Below are positions 19,791 through 30,687 of a DNA stretch of 64,000 nucleotides, piece by piece. Every line of letters starts with the position of its first letter. The first letter of the stretch is position 1. A program made the translations under genes and the position numbers. This DNA is from Candidatus Latescibacterota bacterium (GTDB lineage: Bacteria; Latescibacterota; UBA2968; UBA8231): positions 7,136,001 through 7,200,000 of the forward strand of contig OZ244561.1 in NCBI GenBank assembly GCA_965217585.1, read 5' to 3'. A model generated the notes under the pieces. The model did not search any database. It was not told the origin of the DNA and saw only the letters and a program-made list of their open reading frames with translations.

Positions 19791-20576
19791 ATGACTCCCG
19801 AACAAGCCGTAGAAAAACGTCAACAGCTACTGCGCGACGGATTCTGCGTGGTCGATAATATTCTCAGCGACGAATTCTTACGGGAATTGCGCGACGAGAC
19901 CGAGCGCATGATGGAAGACTGGGTGCCGCCGCCCGACTTTAAGTACCAAGGCCAACACGTCAGCGCGCGAGGAGAGGACAACCCGACCATCCAGAAGCTG
20001 CTCGACTGGCCCCCCACGCGCCGTGCCCTCGAACAAATGGGCTTGGGTGACTTTGCCAGCACGGGTGGCATCATCCTCTTGACTAAAGACCCCGACGAAC
20101 CGGCCCTGTATTGGCACCAGGACTGGATGCAGTGGAACGATCCCTTGAGCTGTTCGCCGTGGCCGCAGATCATTTTCGTGTCCTACTATTTGAGCGATAC
20201 CGCGCCGGAAAACGGTTGCCTCAAAGTCATCCCCGGCACCCACCACAAGCGCATCTCCTTGCACGATGAAATGGTGCCGGCCCACGAGCAAGGGGCGCGT
20301 TTCATCGAAGAAGACCACCCGACCATGTTCAGCGACCACCCGGACCAAGTCGATGTCTGCGTCAAGGTCGGCGACTTGGTGCTGGCCGACGCCCGCGTGC
20401 TGCACTCGGCGTATCGCAACCAGACCGACGAACGCCGCACGTTGGTGCTGGCTTGGCACCGGCGTCCGGAGACCGTTCCCGCCTATTGGACCGACGAAGT
20501 GCCGGCCATCATTGCCGAGCGCGACCCAGAAAAGGAATACCCCGGCTCGCGCATCCCCGGCGAACTCCTGCAATAG
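19791..20576 (+). CDS. PhyH-family dioxygenase
   Basis: WHQD, ENGCLKVIPGTH and LHSAYRN..RR motifs. Confidence 0.88.
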   Translation: MTPEQAVEKRQQLLRDGFCVVDNILSDEFLRELRDETERMMEDWVPPPDFKYQGQHVSARGEDNPTIQKLLDWPPTRRALEQMGLGDFASTGGIILLTKDPDEPALYWHQDWMQWNDPLSCSPWPQIIFVSYYLSDTAPENGCLKVIPGTHHKRISLHDEMVPAHEQGARFIEEDHPTMFSDHPDQVDVCVKVGDLVLADARVLHSAYRNQTDERRTLVLAWHRRPETVPAYWTDEVPAIIAERDPEKEYPGSRIPGELLQ

Positions 20577-20859
20577 GAATCTTGCATTGCCGTTTCGACG
20601 CTCTGCGCGTCCAATGACCCCATAGATACACGAACCTTTTATGCAGACGGATATAGGTTATGACAAGCTTTCAATACCTTGGGAGTTTGAGAAACGCAAC
20701 CCAGATGGAACTATGGAGAAGGATGTGCCGGCTGACCAATCAGACCTGCTAGAACTGGAGAGACGGCTCAAGCAGCCGATGGAAATTGATTATGTGGAGT
20801 TCTCGGACGATAGGTAGCGTTCAGTCAAGAAGCATAGACTCGTTGAGAGAGCCATCAAT

Positions 20860-21470
20860 GTGAGTGAATCCGTCCAATGCTTTTACGATGATCTAGCCGC
20901 TGATTACCATCATGTTTACGCAGACTGGGAATCGGCAATCAAACGGCAGTCGTCCACACTGGATCAGTTGATTCGATGTGCGTCTTCAGCGAGTTCACCG
21001 GTTATCCTAGACTGCTCGTGCGGAATAGGCACCCAAGCAATTGGCTTGGCACAGCGAGGATACAAAGTCTTCGCGTCCGATCTTAGCCCGGAGGCGATCG
21101 CGAAGGCGAAATCAGAAGCAGCCAAGCGGGGGGTGAGCATGCGATTCGCTGTTGCCGATGTTCGCGAGTTGGAATGTGCATTTGACCAGAAATTTGATGT
21201 AGTGATTAGCTGTGACAATTCCCTACCGCACCTTTAATAATGTTTCAGATCTGGGACTGGTCTAAGGAATCAGACACCTATCTATTGCGGCTTTTCATAA
21301 TGAGTCAGGCATCGAGTGGCTGGCAAGTGAAGGAGACCAAGACTCGCTACAGGGCACTAACACGCAACGAGCTTACTACGGCCTTGGAGTCAGCCGGATT
21401 TGCAAGAATCACTTGGCATGAGCCCGAGCAGTCTGGCTATTTTCAACCAATTGTGACGGCGCAGGCCTAA
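20860..21470 (+). pseudogene. Class I SAM methyltransferase, broken and apparently internally deleted
   Basis: LDCSCGIG motif I; stop after SLPHL, and a separate C-terminal piece (FQIWDW..LESAGF) follows almost immediately. Confidence 0.65.
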
Positions 21471-21516
21471 ACGAGTAGAAAATTCTCAAACTTCGACAAG
21501 GAGTCGGCTGACAACT

Positions 21517-22215
21517 ATGGTTGACAGATCAATTTTGAGAGAACAAGTAGCCTATTATCGGGCGCGAGCTGCCGAGTATGACGAGTGGCATTTACGCTCT
21601 GGGCGATACGACCGAGGCGAGGAGCATAAGCTCCAATGGCGTACAGAGTTGGATACTGTGCGATCGGCACTTGAGCGGGAGAGGCCGTTCGGCAAGTGTC
21701 TTGAGCTCGCTTGCGGCACGGGATTGTGGACAGCATGTCTGGCGCAAGGTGCCACCGACCTGACTGCCATAGATGCTTCTTCCGAGACGATTGAGATCAA
21801 TCGCACCAAGACTGGTAATGCTCCATTGCGGTATGTGGTGGCGGATCTTTTCGAGTGGTGGCCAGCCGAAAAGTATGACTTTGTCTTTTTTGGTTTCTGG
21901 CTGTCACACGTTCCGGCACAGCAATTCAATCGGTTCTGGGAGATGATTCGCGCCGCCCTAAATCCGGGGGGTAGAGCTTTTTTTGTAGACAGTCTGGCAA
22001 CTCAAGAGTCAACTGCACGCGATCACGCAGAAATCGACGATTCTGGAGTAATGGAAAGGAAGCTGAACGATGGTCGGACTTTTAACATCGTAAAAGTATT
22101 CCACGACCCGGATCAGTTGGAACGGCAATTACGCGATCTTGGCTGGAGCGGCTCAATTGGAAGAACCGAACAATTCTTTTACTACGGTTGCATGGTGCCA
22201 ACAGAAATTGGCTAA
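21517..22215 (+). CDS. Class I SAM-dependent methyltransferase
   Basis: LELACGTG, FFGFWLSHVP and LNPGG motifs. Confidence 0.88.
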   Translation: MVDRSILREQVAYYRARAAEYDEWHLRSGRYDRGEEHKLQWRTELDTVRSALERERPFGKCLELACGTGLWTACLAQGATDLTAIDASSETIEINRTKTGNAPLRYVVADLFEWWPAEKYDFVFFGFWLSHVPAQQFNRFWEMIRAALNPGGRAFFVDSLATQESTARDHAEIDDSGVMERKLNDGRTFNIVKVFHDPDQLERQLRDLGWSGSIGRTEQFFYYGCMVPTEIG

Positions 22216-22272
22216 CAAGCAGATGTCGACAAGCTGTGCCGTCAATTGCCTTCACAAAGAAGCACAAGACAG

Positions 22273-22440
22273 ATGAGTCGGTATTCTGTTGGGTACGATG
22301 AGCGCACGGCTTGTTTCTTCGAGGAACGTACAGCCGACACACACGCCCAGTTCCTGCTGGATTACCTTGTTCCTGGGATGGACCTCTTGGACGATGGATG
22401 TGGACCTGGGACAATAACCAAAGGACTCGCGGAGATCGTG
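22273..22440 (+). pseudogene. N-terminal fragment of a SAM methyltransferase
   Basis: PGMDLLDDGCGPGTIT motif I, after which similarity is lost; the end coordinate is approximate. Confidence 0.55.
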
Positions 22441-22526
22441 ACACAACATATTCTACATTCCCAGCCGATGACCATAGGGCGGACCGCTCGAATCCCTGTC
22501 CATACGATACTTGTGAGGGGTTCCGC

Positions 22527-24377
22527 CTACCGATACTGCTTCGCTTGCGTATTGAACATCTGCGCGTACCTGCCGTTTTGGGCCAAGAGTTGCTCGTGAC
22601 TCCCCTGCTCGACAAGCTCTCCCTGATGCAGAACGAGGATGTGATCAGCCATGCGCACGGTGGAGAAGCGGTGGGAGATGAAGATAGCCGTGCGGTCTGA
22701 CGTGAGCTCGGCGAAGCGCGAGAAAACATCGCGTTCAGCAAACGCATCGAGGGCGGCTGTAGGCTCGTCCAAGATGAGGACCTCAGCTTCTTTCATGAAC
22801 GCGCGACTCAGCGCGATCTTCTGCCACTCGCCACCAGACAGATCAACACCCCCGTCGAATTCCTTTCCCAAGATTGTATCGTATTCCTTCGGCAGGCCCT
22901 TGATGAGGTCCGAGGCACCGCCCTCGTATGCCGCGCGTTCGATCCGGTCCGCATCGTCCAACAGGTCCACTTGACCAAAGCCGACGTTCTCCTTGGCTGA
23001 GAGGTCGTAGCGAACAAAATCCTGGAAAATCACCCCGATTTGGTGGCGCAGGCTTGCTAGATCGTATTCCCGAAGATCTCGTCCATCCAAGTAAATAGCG
23101 CCTTCCGTGGGGTCGTAGAACCGCGTCAAGAGCTTGACGACGGTCGTCTTACCCGCTCCGTTCTCCCCGACAACGGCTACCGATTCGCGCACCCTGATCG
23201 TAAAGGAAATGTTCTTTAACACATACTTGTCGGAGCCTGGATAGCAGAAGGAGACGTTGCGGAACTCAATGCCCTGGGTTAGACGGTCGGGGACTGGTAT
23301 CGGCGACGCAGGAGGCGGTGCCAGCGCCCCTTCAACTGAGCGGGGGTCGAGGTCGAGGAACCGAAAGAGAATCCCAGCGAAGATCGTATGCTCGTAGAAC
23401 AGCCCAAGATTGCGGAACAGGCTGGAAAACCCAGATCGTGCCTGCTCGGCAGCCTGGAACGCCAGTGCCACGGTGCCCACGCTGATATAGCCACCCACGG
23501 CTCGCACAACGGCGTAAGCCCAGATGGAGGCCGTCCCCATCATCGTGATCAGTCCCAGGAGAAAACTAAATCGTTCCTCGGCGAACCGGAGGCGAAATGC
23601 CTCCTTTCCGAATAAGCCCCAAAAATTGCTGAATCGTCTCAGCAATTCCTCGTGCAGTGCGAAGATGCGGATCTCCTTGACTGCCTCGCGAGAGCCGAGT
23701 AGCCGCGACATGTATTCTGCCATGCGCCGGTTACTGGCCACTGCTCCGTACAATGAGAAGCGCTTTCCAGCGTAATGACCACCGACGATCACCTGTGGTG
23801 CCGAAGTGACGAGCAGTATTATTGGCGCTGCCCAGTGTACTGAGAGCAGCACGGCCAACATGGCTGTAAGTCCGGTCAATGAGGAGACGATTAGCAGGGG
23901 TAAGATGGCGAGGTTGTGGGCGCGGTAGATTTCACTCCTGGCCTTCTCCATTTCATCGAAGAAGGCCGAGTTCTCGAAGAAGGCGATGTCGAGCTGAGCC
24001 GCCTTCCTTAGGATCAAATACTGGCTGTGATTGCTGACAAGGTACCCGACTTTTTCCAGCAGCCCATTCGCTGCTGCGCCACATAGAGACCCCAAGATCC
24101 AAACGCTGAAAACACCAGCGACCGGTATCAGCAGCCCGATCCAGTCCACTGCGGCTCCACCCCCATCACCCACAGCACTGACTACATTGTCGATGACAAT
24201 CTTGGTGATCCAGACCTGCGCAGCCGGGACCACAGCACCGAGCATGCTCACTGCGAAGGCCAGGATGGCATCCAGCTTGGCCGCATCCCAAATCAGGCGG
24301 ACGCACCGAGGGTAATATTCGATTACTTGGGCTATGGGCCGGAGAATCGCCAGCACTGAGCCTCCCTTATCCGACAT
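22527..24377 (-). CDS. ABC exporter, fused permease/ATP-binding
   Basis: TM helices, GENGAGKT Walker A, LSGGEWQ signature and ILDEPT Walker B. Confidence 0.93.
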   Translation of the reverse strand: MSDKGGSVLAILRPIAQVIEYYPRCVRLIWDAAKLDAILAFAVSMLGAVVPAAQVWITKIVIDNVVSAVGDGGGAAVDWIGLLIPVAGVFSVWILGSLCGAAANGLLEKVGYLVSNHSQYLILRKAAQLDIAFFENSAFFDEMEKARSEIYRAHNLAILPLLIVSSLTGLTAMLAVLLSVHWAAPIILLVTSAPQVIVGGHYAGKRFSLYGAVASNRRMAEYMSRLLGSREAVKEIRIFALHEELLRRFSNFWGLFGKEAFRLRFAEERFSFLLGLITMMGTASIWAYAVVRAVGGYISVGTVALAFQAAEQARSGFSSLFRNLGLFYEHTIFAGILFRFLDLDPRSVEGALAPPPASPIPVPDRLTQGIEFRNVSFCYPGSDKYVLKNISFTIRVRESVAVVGENGAGKTTVVKLLTRFYDPTEGAIYLDGRDLREYDLASLRHQIGVIFQDFVRYDLSAKENVGFGQVDLLDDADRIERAAYEGGASDLIKGLPKEYDTILGKEFDGGVDLSGGEWQKIALSRAFMKEAEVLILDEPTAALDAFAERDVFSRFAELTSDRTAIFISHRFSTVRMADHILVLHQGELVEQGSHEQLLAQNGRYAQMFNTQAKQYR

Positions 24378-24510
24378 TGCTGTCTCTATCCACTTCTATA
24401 TACACACATCTACTACACGCTCGGTCAAGGCTGGCGTCTTCCACCAAATTAGCAAAACTTTGCCTTCTTCTTTTATTTACTTTCGTTCATAGTCCATCAA
24501 CCAACAAAAT

Positions 24511-25599
24511 ATGCCACTCTACTTCTTAGCCCTCTTCTTGGTCTCCACCGCCGCCGCCGACACCTGGAGCACCTTCCGCGGCAACCCCCAACTCACCGGC
24601 GTCGCCACCTCCGACCTCGCCCCGCCCCTAACGCTACTCTGGGCCTACTCCACCCAAGACGTCATCGAATCCACCGCCGCTATTCACGAGGGCACCGTGT
24701 ACGTCGGCTCGCTCGACGGCCAGCTCTATGCCCTCGACTTGCACACCGGTGCGCTAGTGTGGCAGTACCAAGCCGCCGACGAAATCAAGTCCTCCCCCAC
24801 CGTCGTCGACAGCACCGTGTACTTCGGCGACGAAGCCGGTACCTTCCACGCCGTCGCCACCCGGAGCGGTCAGCGCCGCTGGACTTTCGCCGCCGACGCC
24901 GGCATCATCTCATCGGCCAACCACACCGGCGACCGTCTCTACTTCGGCAGCTATGACCAGCACCTATATTGCCTCGACGCAACCGCCGGGACCCTGATTT
25001 GGAAAATCGCCACAGAGGGGTATATTCACGGTACGCCGGCGCTGTATGAAAATCGCGTCGCCGTGGCCGGTTGCGACGGATACTTGCGGCTCTTGGATCG
25101 CGCCGACGGCACGCAACACCAGCAACTCGCGCTAGGCGGCTACGTGGCCTCCAGCGCCGCCATCCACGCGGGACGCGCATACCTAGGCACCTTTGGCAAC
25201 GAAGTACTCGGTATCGATTTAGACACAGGAGAAATCCGCTGGCGCTACGCCCACGCGGTGCGAAAATTCCCGTTTTACTCGTCAGCGGCCGTCACCGACC
25301 AAGCAGTCGTCATCGGCGGCCGGGACAAGCTCGTACACGCCCTCGACCCGCAAACCGGCCAACCCTTGTGGACCTTTGCCGCGGGCGCGCGGGTAGATTC
25401 TTCGCCGGTCATCGCCGGCGATTACATTTATGTGGGTGCTCGTGCGCTCATCGCCCTCGCGCTCGCATCGGGCGCGGAAGTCTGGCGCTTTGAAACGGGC
25501 GCGGCCATCGCCGCTTCGCCGGCCGTCGCCGCCGACCGGCTCGTCATCGGTGCCACCGACGGCGTGCTGTATTGTTTCGGGCGCGAGGTCAAACCATGA
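24511..25599 (+). CDS. PQQ-like beta-propeller (BamB-like) secreted protein
   Basis: Signal peptide; repeated YALD..TG..W blades. Confidence 0.88.
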   Translation: MPLYFLALFLVSTAAADTWSTFRGNPQLTGVATSDLAPPLTLLWAYSTQDVIESTAAIHEGTVYVGSLDGQLYALDLHTGALVWQYQAADEIKSSPTVVDSTVYFGDEAGTFHAVATRSGQRRWTFAADAGIISSANHTGDRLYFGSYDQHLYCLDATAGTLIWKIATEGYIHGTPALYENRVAVAGCDGYLRLLDRADGTQHQQLALGGYVASSAAIHAGRAYLGTFGNEVLGIDLDTGEIRWRYAHAVRKFPFYSSAAVTDQAVVIGGRDKLVHALDPQTGQPLWTFAAGARVDSSPVIAGDYIYVGARALIALALASGAEVWRFETGAAIAASPAVAADRLVIGATDGVLYCFGREVKP

Positions 25600-25633
25600 T
25601 GCACCAAACATTTCGACCCAAAGGTCACAACCC

Positions 25634-26971
25634 ATGAGTCCACTCGGCAGCGACCCAGCTACCACCCGCGCCGACCGCACCGAAACCGAGGTCGGCAGCG
25701 TCTTTGTTTCCAACTATCCGGCCTATTCGTTTTGGGGTGAAGAGGACGTCCCGCAGGCACACCGCGCACTCGCTGACCCACCGCGACCCGACACCAAGCT
25801 CGGCCTCTATCTCCACATCCCCTTCTGCCGCAAGCGCTGCAAGTTCTGCTACTTCCGCGTTTACACGGACAAAAACAGCCAACAGATCCAGACCTATCTC
25901 GACGCCCTCGCCCGCGAGGTGGAACACTACGCGCAGCAACCGTCGGTCAAAGACCGGCCGCTGCACTTTATCTACTTTGGCGGCGGCACCCCCTCCTACA
26001 TCAGTTCGCGCCACCTGCGCTCCTTAGTCCAGCGCCTCAAAGACGCCCTGCCCTGGGACCGTGCCGACGAAATCGCCTTTGAATGCGAGCCTGGCACCCT
26101 AACCCAAGCCAAATTAGAAGCCATCCGCGACATCGGCGTCACCCGCCTCAGCTTGGGAATAGAAAACCTCGACGACGAGATTCTGCGCCACAACGGCCGC
26201 GCCCACGTCAGCAAGGAAATCTACCAAGTCATGCCCTGGATCCACGCGCTCGACTTCGATCAGGTCAACGTCGATCTGATCGCCGGCATGGTCGGCGAGA
26301 CCTGGCCGAACTGGCGTCAGACCGTGCAAAAGACCATCGAATTCGACCCCGACAGCGTCACCGTCTATCAGATGGAGCTGCCCTACAACACGGTTTACTC
26401 CAAGGACCTACTCGCTGGCGACGGCGAGCCGCTGGCCTTAGCTGACTGGAAGACCAAGCGCGCCTGGCACGCCTATGCCTTCGAGCAATTGGCCGCCGCT
26501 GGATACGTGCGTTCGAGCGCCTACACCATGAAGAAAACGCCCGACGCCCGCTTCGTGTACCGCGACGCCGTGTGGACCGGCCAAGACATGATCGGCACCG
26601 GCGTCGCCTCCTTTTCGCATCTGGGCGGTGTCCACTACCAGAACGCGCCGCAATGGGACGAGTACCTCGCCACCATCGACCGCGGCGACCTCCCCATCCA
26701 CCGCGCCTTCGCCACCGACCACGAAGAACAACTCACCCGCGAGGTGATTCTGCAACTCAAACTAGGCGCGATCGACACCGCGTATTTTCGCGCCAAATTC
26801 GGGATCGATATCGTCGTCCACTTCGCCGCTGCACTCCGCGGCCTGCGCGACGAAGGCATGCTCCAATTCGACGCCGACGCGATAGCGCTGACCGACGAGG
26901 GCCTCATGCGCGTCGATCAGCTCCTGCCCGACTTTTACCAAACCCAATACCGCAACGCACGCTATACCTAA
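25634..26971 (+). CDS. HemN-like radical SAM protein
   Basis: LYLHIPFCRKRCKFCYF (CxxxCxxC) and YFGGGTPS; ATG at 25634 chosen as start. Confidence 0.88.
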   Translation: MSPLGSDPATTRADRTETEVGSVFVSNYPAYSFWGEEDVPQAHRALADPPRPDTKLGLYLHIPFCRKRCKFCYFRVYTDKNSQQIQTYLDALAREVEHYAQQPSVKDRPLHFIYFGGGTPSYISSRHLRSLVQRLKDALPWDRADEIAFECEPGTLTQAKLEAIRDIGVTRLSLGIENLDDEILRHNGRAHVSKEIYQVMPWIHALDFDQVNVDLIAGMVGETWPNWRQTVQKTIEFDPDSVTVYQMELPYNTVYSKDLLAGDGEPLALADWKTKRAWHAYAFEQLAAAGYVRSSAYTMKKTPDARFVYRDAVWTGQDMIGTGVASFSHLGGVHYQNAPQWDEYLATIDRGDLPIHRAFATDHEEQLTREVILQLKLGAIDTAYFRAKFGIDIVVHFAAALRGLRDEGMLQFDADAIALTDEGLMRVDQLLPDFYQTQYRNARYT

Positions 26972-26984
26972 GTAGGAGGCAGCA

Positions 26985-28238
26985 TTGAAAACCGCGATCT
27001 CACTTCTGCTATTCTTGACCGCTGCCGCACAGGCGGCCGACTGGCCCCAGTGGCGCGGCCCCCAGCGCAACGGCATCTCCAGCGAAACGGACCTACTGCA
27101 AAGTTGGCCGGCCGACGGTCCCGCCGTTCAGTGGCGCACCCCCCTCGGCAATGGCTTTTCCGGCATCTCCATCGCCAACGGCCGGGTCTTCACCATGTTC
27201 GCCCAAGGCGGCGACGAGTTCGCCATCTGCCTCGACGCCGAGACTGGCGCGGAACGCTGGCGTCACCGCACCGGCCCTTACTACAAGGAAACCCAAGGCG
27301 GCGACGGCCCGCGCTCGACGCCCACCGTGGATGGTGAGACCGTCTATGTGCTCGGTGCCACCGGCAAGCTTTTCGCGCTCGCAGCCGCGAGTGGTACGCC
27401 GATCTGGGAAAAGGACTTGGTCGCCGAATTTAGCAGCCAAGTGCCCAGGTGGGGGTTTAGTACCTCCCCATTAGTCGAGGGCAACCTGCTCCTAGTCGAA
27501 GCAGGCGGCCACGACGGCAACTTCGTCGTCGATATGGCCATCGACCGCACAACCCCTGTCACCGCCGTAGCCCTCGACAAGAACACCGGCGCAACCGCTT
27601 GGACCGCCCTCGACGAAAAGATGAGCTATTCATCGCCCATCGCCTTCACTGCGGCCGGCACCCGCCAACTCGCCTATTTCACGGCCTATTCGCTTACCGG
27701 CCTAGCACCGGAAGACGGCCGCGTTTACTGGCGCTACCCTTGGAAAACCCGCTACGACGTCAGCGCGGCTACGCCCGTTTTCATCGCGCCCGACCGAATT
27801 TTTATCTCCACCGTCAACGGCAACGGCGGCACGGTCTTGCAAATCAAGGGCAACGGCGGCAGCCTCGCCGTCGAGCAGGTCTGGCAAAACAAAAAGATGG
27901 AAAACGAGTTCGGCACCTCGGTCCTCTACGAGAACCATCTCTACGGCTTTGGCGGCTCAATCCTCAAGTGCCTCGACGCCGCGACCGGTGAAGAAAAGTG
28001 GAAGACCCGAGGCTACAACAAGGGCACCCTGCTCGTCGCCGATGGCCAGCTCATCGTCCTCGGCGAAGAAGGCCAACTCGGCCTAGTCGAGGCCACGCCA
28101 GCAGCCTTCCGCGAAAAGAGCAAGGCCCAGATCCTCAATAGCCGCTGCTGGACAGTCCCCTCGCTGGCCGACGGCCGGCTCTACGTCCGCGACGAAAGCG
28201 AAATAGTCTGCCTCGACATGCGGGAGTCAGTCCAATGA
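26985..28238 (+). CDS. PQQ-like beta-propeller protein
   Basis: Signal peptide + ADWPQWRGP; WTVPSLADGRLYVRD C-terminus. Confidence 0.88.
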   Translation: MKTAISLLLFLTAAAQAADWPQWRGPQRNGISSETDLLQSWPADGPAVQWRTPLGNGFSGISIANGRVFTMFAQGGDEFAICLDAETGAERWRHRTGPYYKETQGGDGPRSTPTVDGETVYVLGATGKLFALAAASGTPIWEKDLVAEFSSQVPRWGFSTSPLVEGNLLLVEAGGHDGNFVVDMAIDRTTPVTAVALDKNTGATAWTALDEKMSYSSPIAFTAAGTRQLAYFTAYSLTGLAPEDGRVYWRYPWKTRYDVSAATPVFIAPDRIFISTVNGNGGTVLQIKGNGGSLAVEQVWQNKKMENEFGTSVLYENHLYGFGGSILKCLDAATGEEKWKTRGYNKGTLLVADGQLIVLGEEGQLGLVEATPAAFREKSKAQILNSRCWTVPSLADGRLYVRDESEIVCLDMRESVQ

Positions 28239-29449
28239 AGAAGATATTGGGAACGTCCCTAGCCCTCGTATTATGCTCCTGCTGGCAATCAACGGGCTGG
28301 CCGCAATGGCTCGGCCCCGACCGCAACGGCATCTCGCCAGAGACGGGTTTGTTCGGCAACGAGCTGTCTTTTAAAGAGGCTTGGCGGGTCCAAGGTGGGA
28401 AGGGCTTTTCCGGCCTGTCCATCGTCGGCAATCGCATCTATACGATGTACATCCACAGCGGGGAGGAATTCGCAGTCTGCCTCGACGCCGGCAATGGCGA
28501 AGTGCTGTGGCGCACCCGCACCGACGACAATCTCGTGGAACGGCAGGGCGGCGACGGTCCGCGCGCCACCCCAACCGTTGACGGTGAGACGGTCTATGTC
28601 TTCAGCGCCTATGGCAAACTCCACGCCCTCGACAGCCAGACCGGCACCCAGCAATGGAGCCACGACCTAGTCCGCGAATTCGGTAGCGAGAGGCCCAACT
28701 GGGGTTTTTGCGCGTCGCCGCTGGTCGAAGGGGACCTCGTCCTAATCGAAGCCGGCGGTAAGGATGGCCAGTCGCTGATAGCCTTTGACAAAACCAGTGG
28801 CAAGGTCGCCTGGGCCACTGGCAGCGACAAGACGGGCTACTCCTCTCCCATCGCCACCACCATCGGCCAAATGCGCCAAGCGGTGTTTTTCACCGGTTAC
28901 GGGCTGATCTCGGTCGCGTCGCAACACGGCCGGGTGCTGTGGAAACACCCCTGGAAGACCAGCCACGACATCAACATCGCTACCCCGGTTTTCATCCCGC
29001 CCAACCGCTTCTTTATCTCCTCCGACTACGGCACGGGCGGCTCCGTGGTGGAGGTCAACCTTACAGACGGCGGCTATGAGGTAGCGGAGGTCTGGCGCAA
29101 TAAGGAAATGAAAAATCACTTCGCTACCTCCATCTACTACCAAGGGCACCTCTACGGCTTTGACAGCTCGATCCTCAAATGCCTCGATGCCGAGACCGGG
29201 ACCGAAAAATGGAAGACTCGTGGCTACGGCAAGGGCGCTCTGATCATCGCCGACGGCCACCTCGTCATCTTGGGCGAACAAGGCAATCTCGGCATAGCCG
29301 CAGCCTCACCCGCCGGCTTCGTCGAAAAGGCCAACACCCAGGTCTTCAGCAGCAAATGCTGGACGGCCCCCGCGCTGGCCGACGGCCGGCTCTACCTCCG
29401 CGACGAAAGCGAAATCGTCTGCCTCGACATGCGGGCGTCGGTCCAATGA
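28235..29449 (+). CDS. PQQ-like beta-propeller protein (tandem paralogue A)
   Basis: WPQWLGPDRNG; near-identical to the next gene. Confidence 0.88.
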   Translation: MKKILGTSLALVLCSCWQSTGWPQWLGPDRNGISPETGLFGNELSFKEAWRVQGGKGFSGLSIVGNRIYTMYIHSGEEFAVCLDAGNGEVLWRTRTDDNLVERQGGDGPRATPTVDGETVYVFSAYGKLHALDSQTGTQQWSHDLVREFGSERPNWGFCASPLVEGDLVLIEAGGKDGQSLIAFDKTSGKVAWATGSDKTGYSSPIATTIGQMRQAVFFTGYGLISVASQHGRVLWKHPWKTSHDINIATPVFIPPNRFFISSDYGTGGSVVEVNLTDGGYEVAEVWRNKEMKNHFATSIYYQGHLYGFDSSILKCLDAETGTEKWKTRGYGKGALIIADGHLVILGEQGNLGIAAASPAGFVEKANTQVFSSKCWTAPALADGRLYLRDESEIVCLDMRASVQ

Positions 29450-30687
29450 AGAAGATATTGGGTACGTCCCTAGTCCTCGCCTTGTGTGCCTTTCCAGCCT
29501 TGGCCCAAGATTGGTCGAACTGGCAATCAACGGGCTGGCCGCAATGGCTCGGCCCCGACCGCAACGGCATCTCGCCGGAGACGGGTCTGTTCGGCGACAA
29601 GTCGTCTTTTAAAGAGATTTGGCGGGTCCAAGGCGGGAAGGGCTTTTCCGGCCTGTCCATCGTCGGCGATCGCATCTATACGATGTATATCCACAGCGGG
29701 GAGGAATTCGCAGTCTGCCTCGACGCCGGCAATGGCGAAGTGCTGTGGCGCACCCGCACCGACGACAATCTCGTGGAACGGCAGGGCGGCGACGGTCCGC
29801 GCTCCACCCCCGCCGTTGATGGCGGGATGGTCTATGTCTTCAGCGCCCATGGCAAACTCCACGCCCTCGACAGCCAGACCGGCTCCCGACAATGGAGCCA
29901 CGACCTCGTGAGCGAATTCGGTGGTAAGAAGCCCCGCTGGGGCTTTTCCGCGTCGCCGCTGGTCGAAGGGGACTTAGTCCTAATCGAAGCTGGCGGTAAG
30001 GGCGGCCAATCGCTGATAGCCTTTGATAAAACCAGCGGCGAGGTAGCCTGGAAAACCGGCAGCGACAATCCGGGCTATTCCTCTCCCATCACCACCACCA
30101 TCGGTCAAACGCACCAAGCGGTGTTTTTTACCGGCTACGGGCTGATCTCAGTCGTGCCGCAACACGGCCGAGTGCTGTGGAAACACCCTTGGAAGACCAG
30201 GCACAACGTCAACGCCGCCACTCCGGTTTTCATCCCGCCCAATCGCTTCTTTATCTCCTCCGGCTATGGCACAGGCGGCTCCGTGGTGGAGGTCTCCGCC
30301 ACAGACGGCGGCTATGCGGTAGCCGAGGTCTGGCGCAACAAGGAAATGAAAAATCACTTCGCCACCTCCATCTACTACCAAGGGCACCTCTACGGCTTTG
30401 ATAGCTCGATCCTCAAATGCCTCGACGCCGAGACGGGCACCGAAAAGTGGAAGACCCGGGGCTACGGCAAGGGCAGCCTGATCATCGCCGACGGTCACCT
30501 CGTCATCTTGGGCGAAAAAGGCAATCTCGGCCTAGCCGCAGCCACGCCCGAAGGCTTCGTCGAAAAGGCCAATACTTGGGTCTTCCGCAGCAAATGCTGG
30601 ACGGCTCCCGCGCTGGCCGACGGCCGGCTCTACCTGCGCGACGATAGCGAAATCGTCTGTATAGATGTGGTGGGGGCAGCCCAATGA
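29446..30687 (+). CDS. PQQ-like beta-propeller protein (tandem paralogue B)
   Basis: Start MKKILG at 29446 by ATGA coupling; long DNA identity with the previous gene. Confidence 0.88.
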   Translation: MKKILGTSLVLALCAFPALAQDWSNWQSTGWPQWLGPDRNGISPETGLFGDKSSFKEIWRVQGGKGFSGLSIVGDRIYTMYIHSGEEFAVCLDAGNGEVLWRTRTDDNLVERQGGDGPRSTPAVDGGMVYVFSAHGKLHALDSQTGSRQWSHDLVSEFGGKKPRWGFSASPLVEGDLVLIEAGGKGGQSLIAFDKTSGEVAWKTGSDNPGYSSPITTTIGQTHQAVFFTGYGLISVVPQHGRVLWKHPWKTRHNVNAATPVFIPPNRFFISSGYGTGGSVVEVSATDGGYAVAEVWRNKEMKNHFATSIYYQGHLYGFDSSILKCLDAETGTEKWKTRGYGKGSLIIADGHLVILGEKGNLGLAAATPEGFVEKANTWVFRSKCWTAPALADGRLYLRDDSEIVCIDVVGAAQ

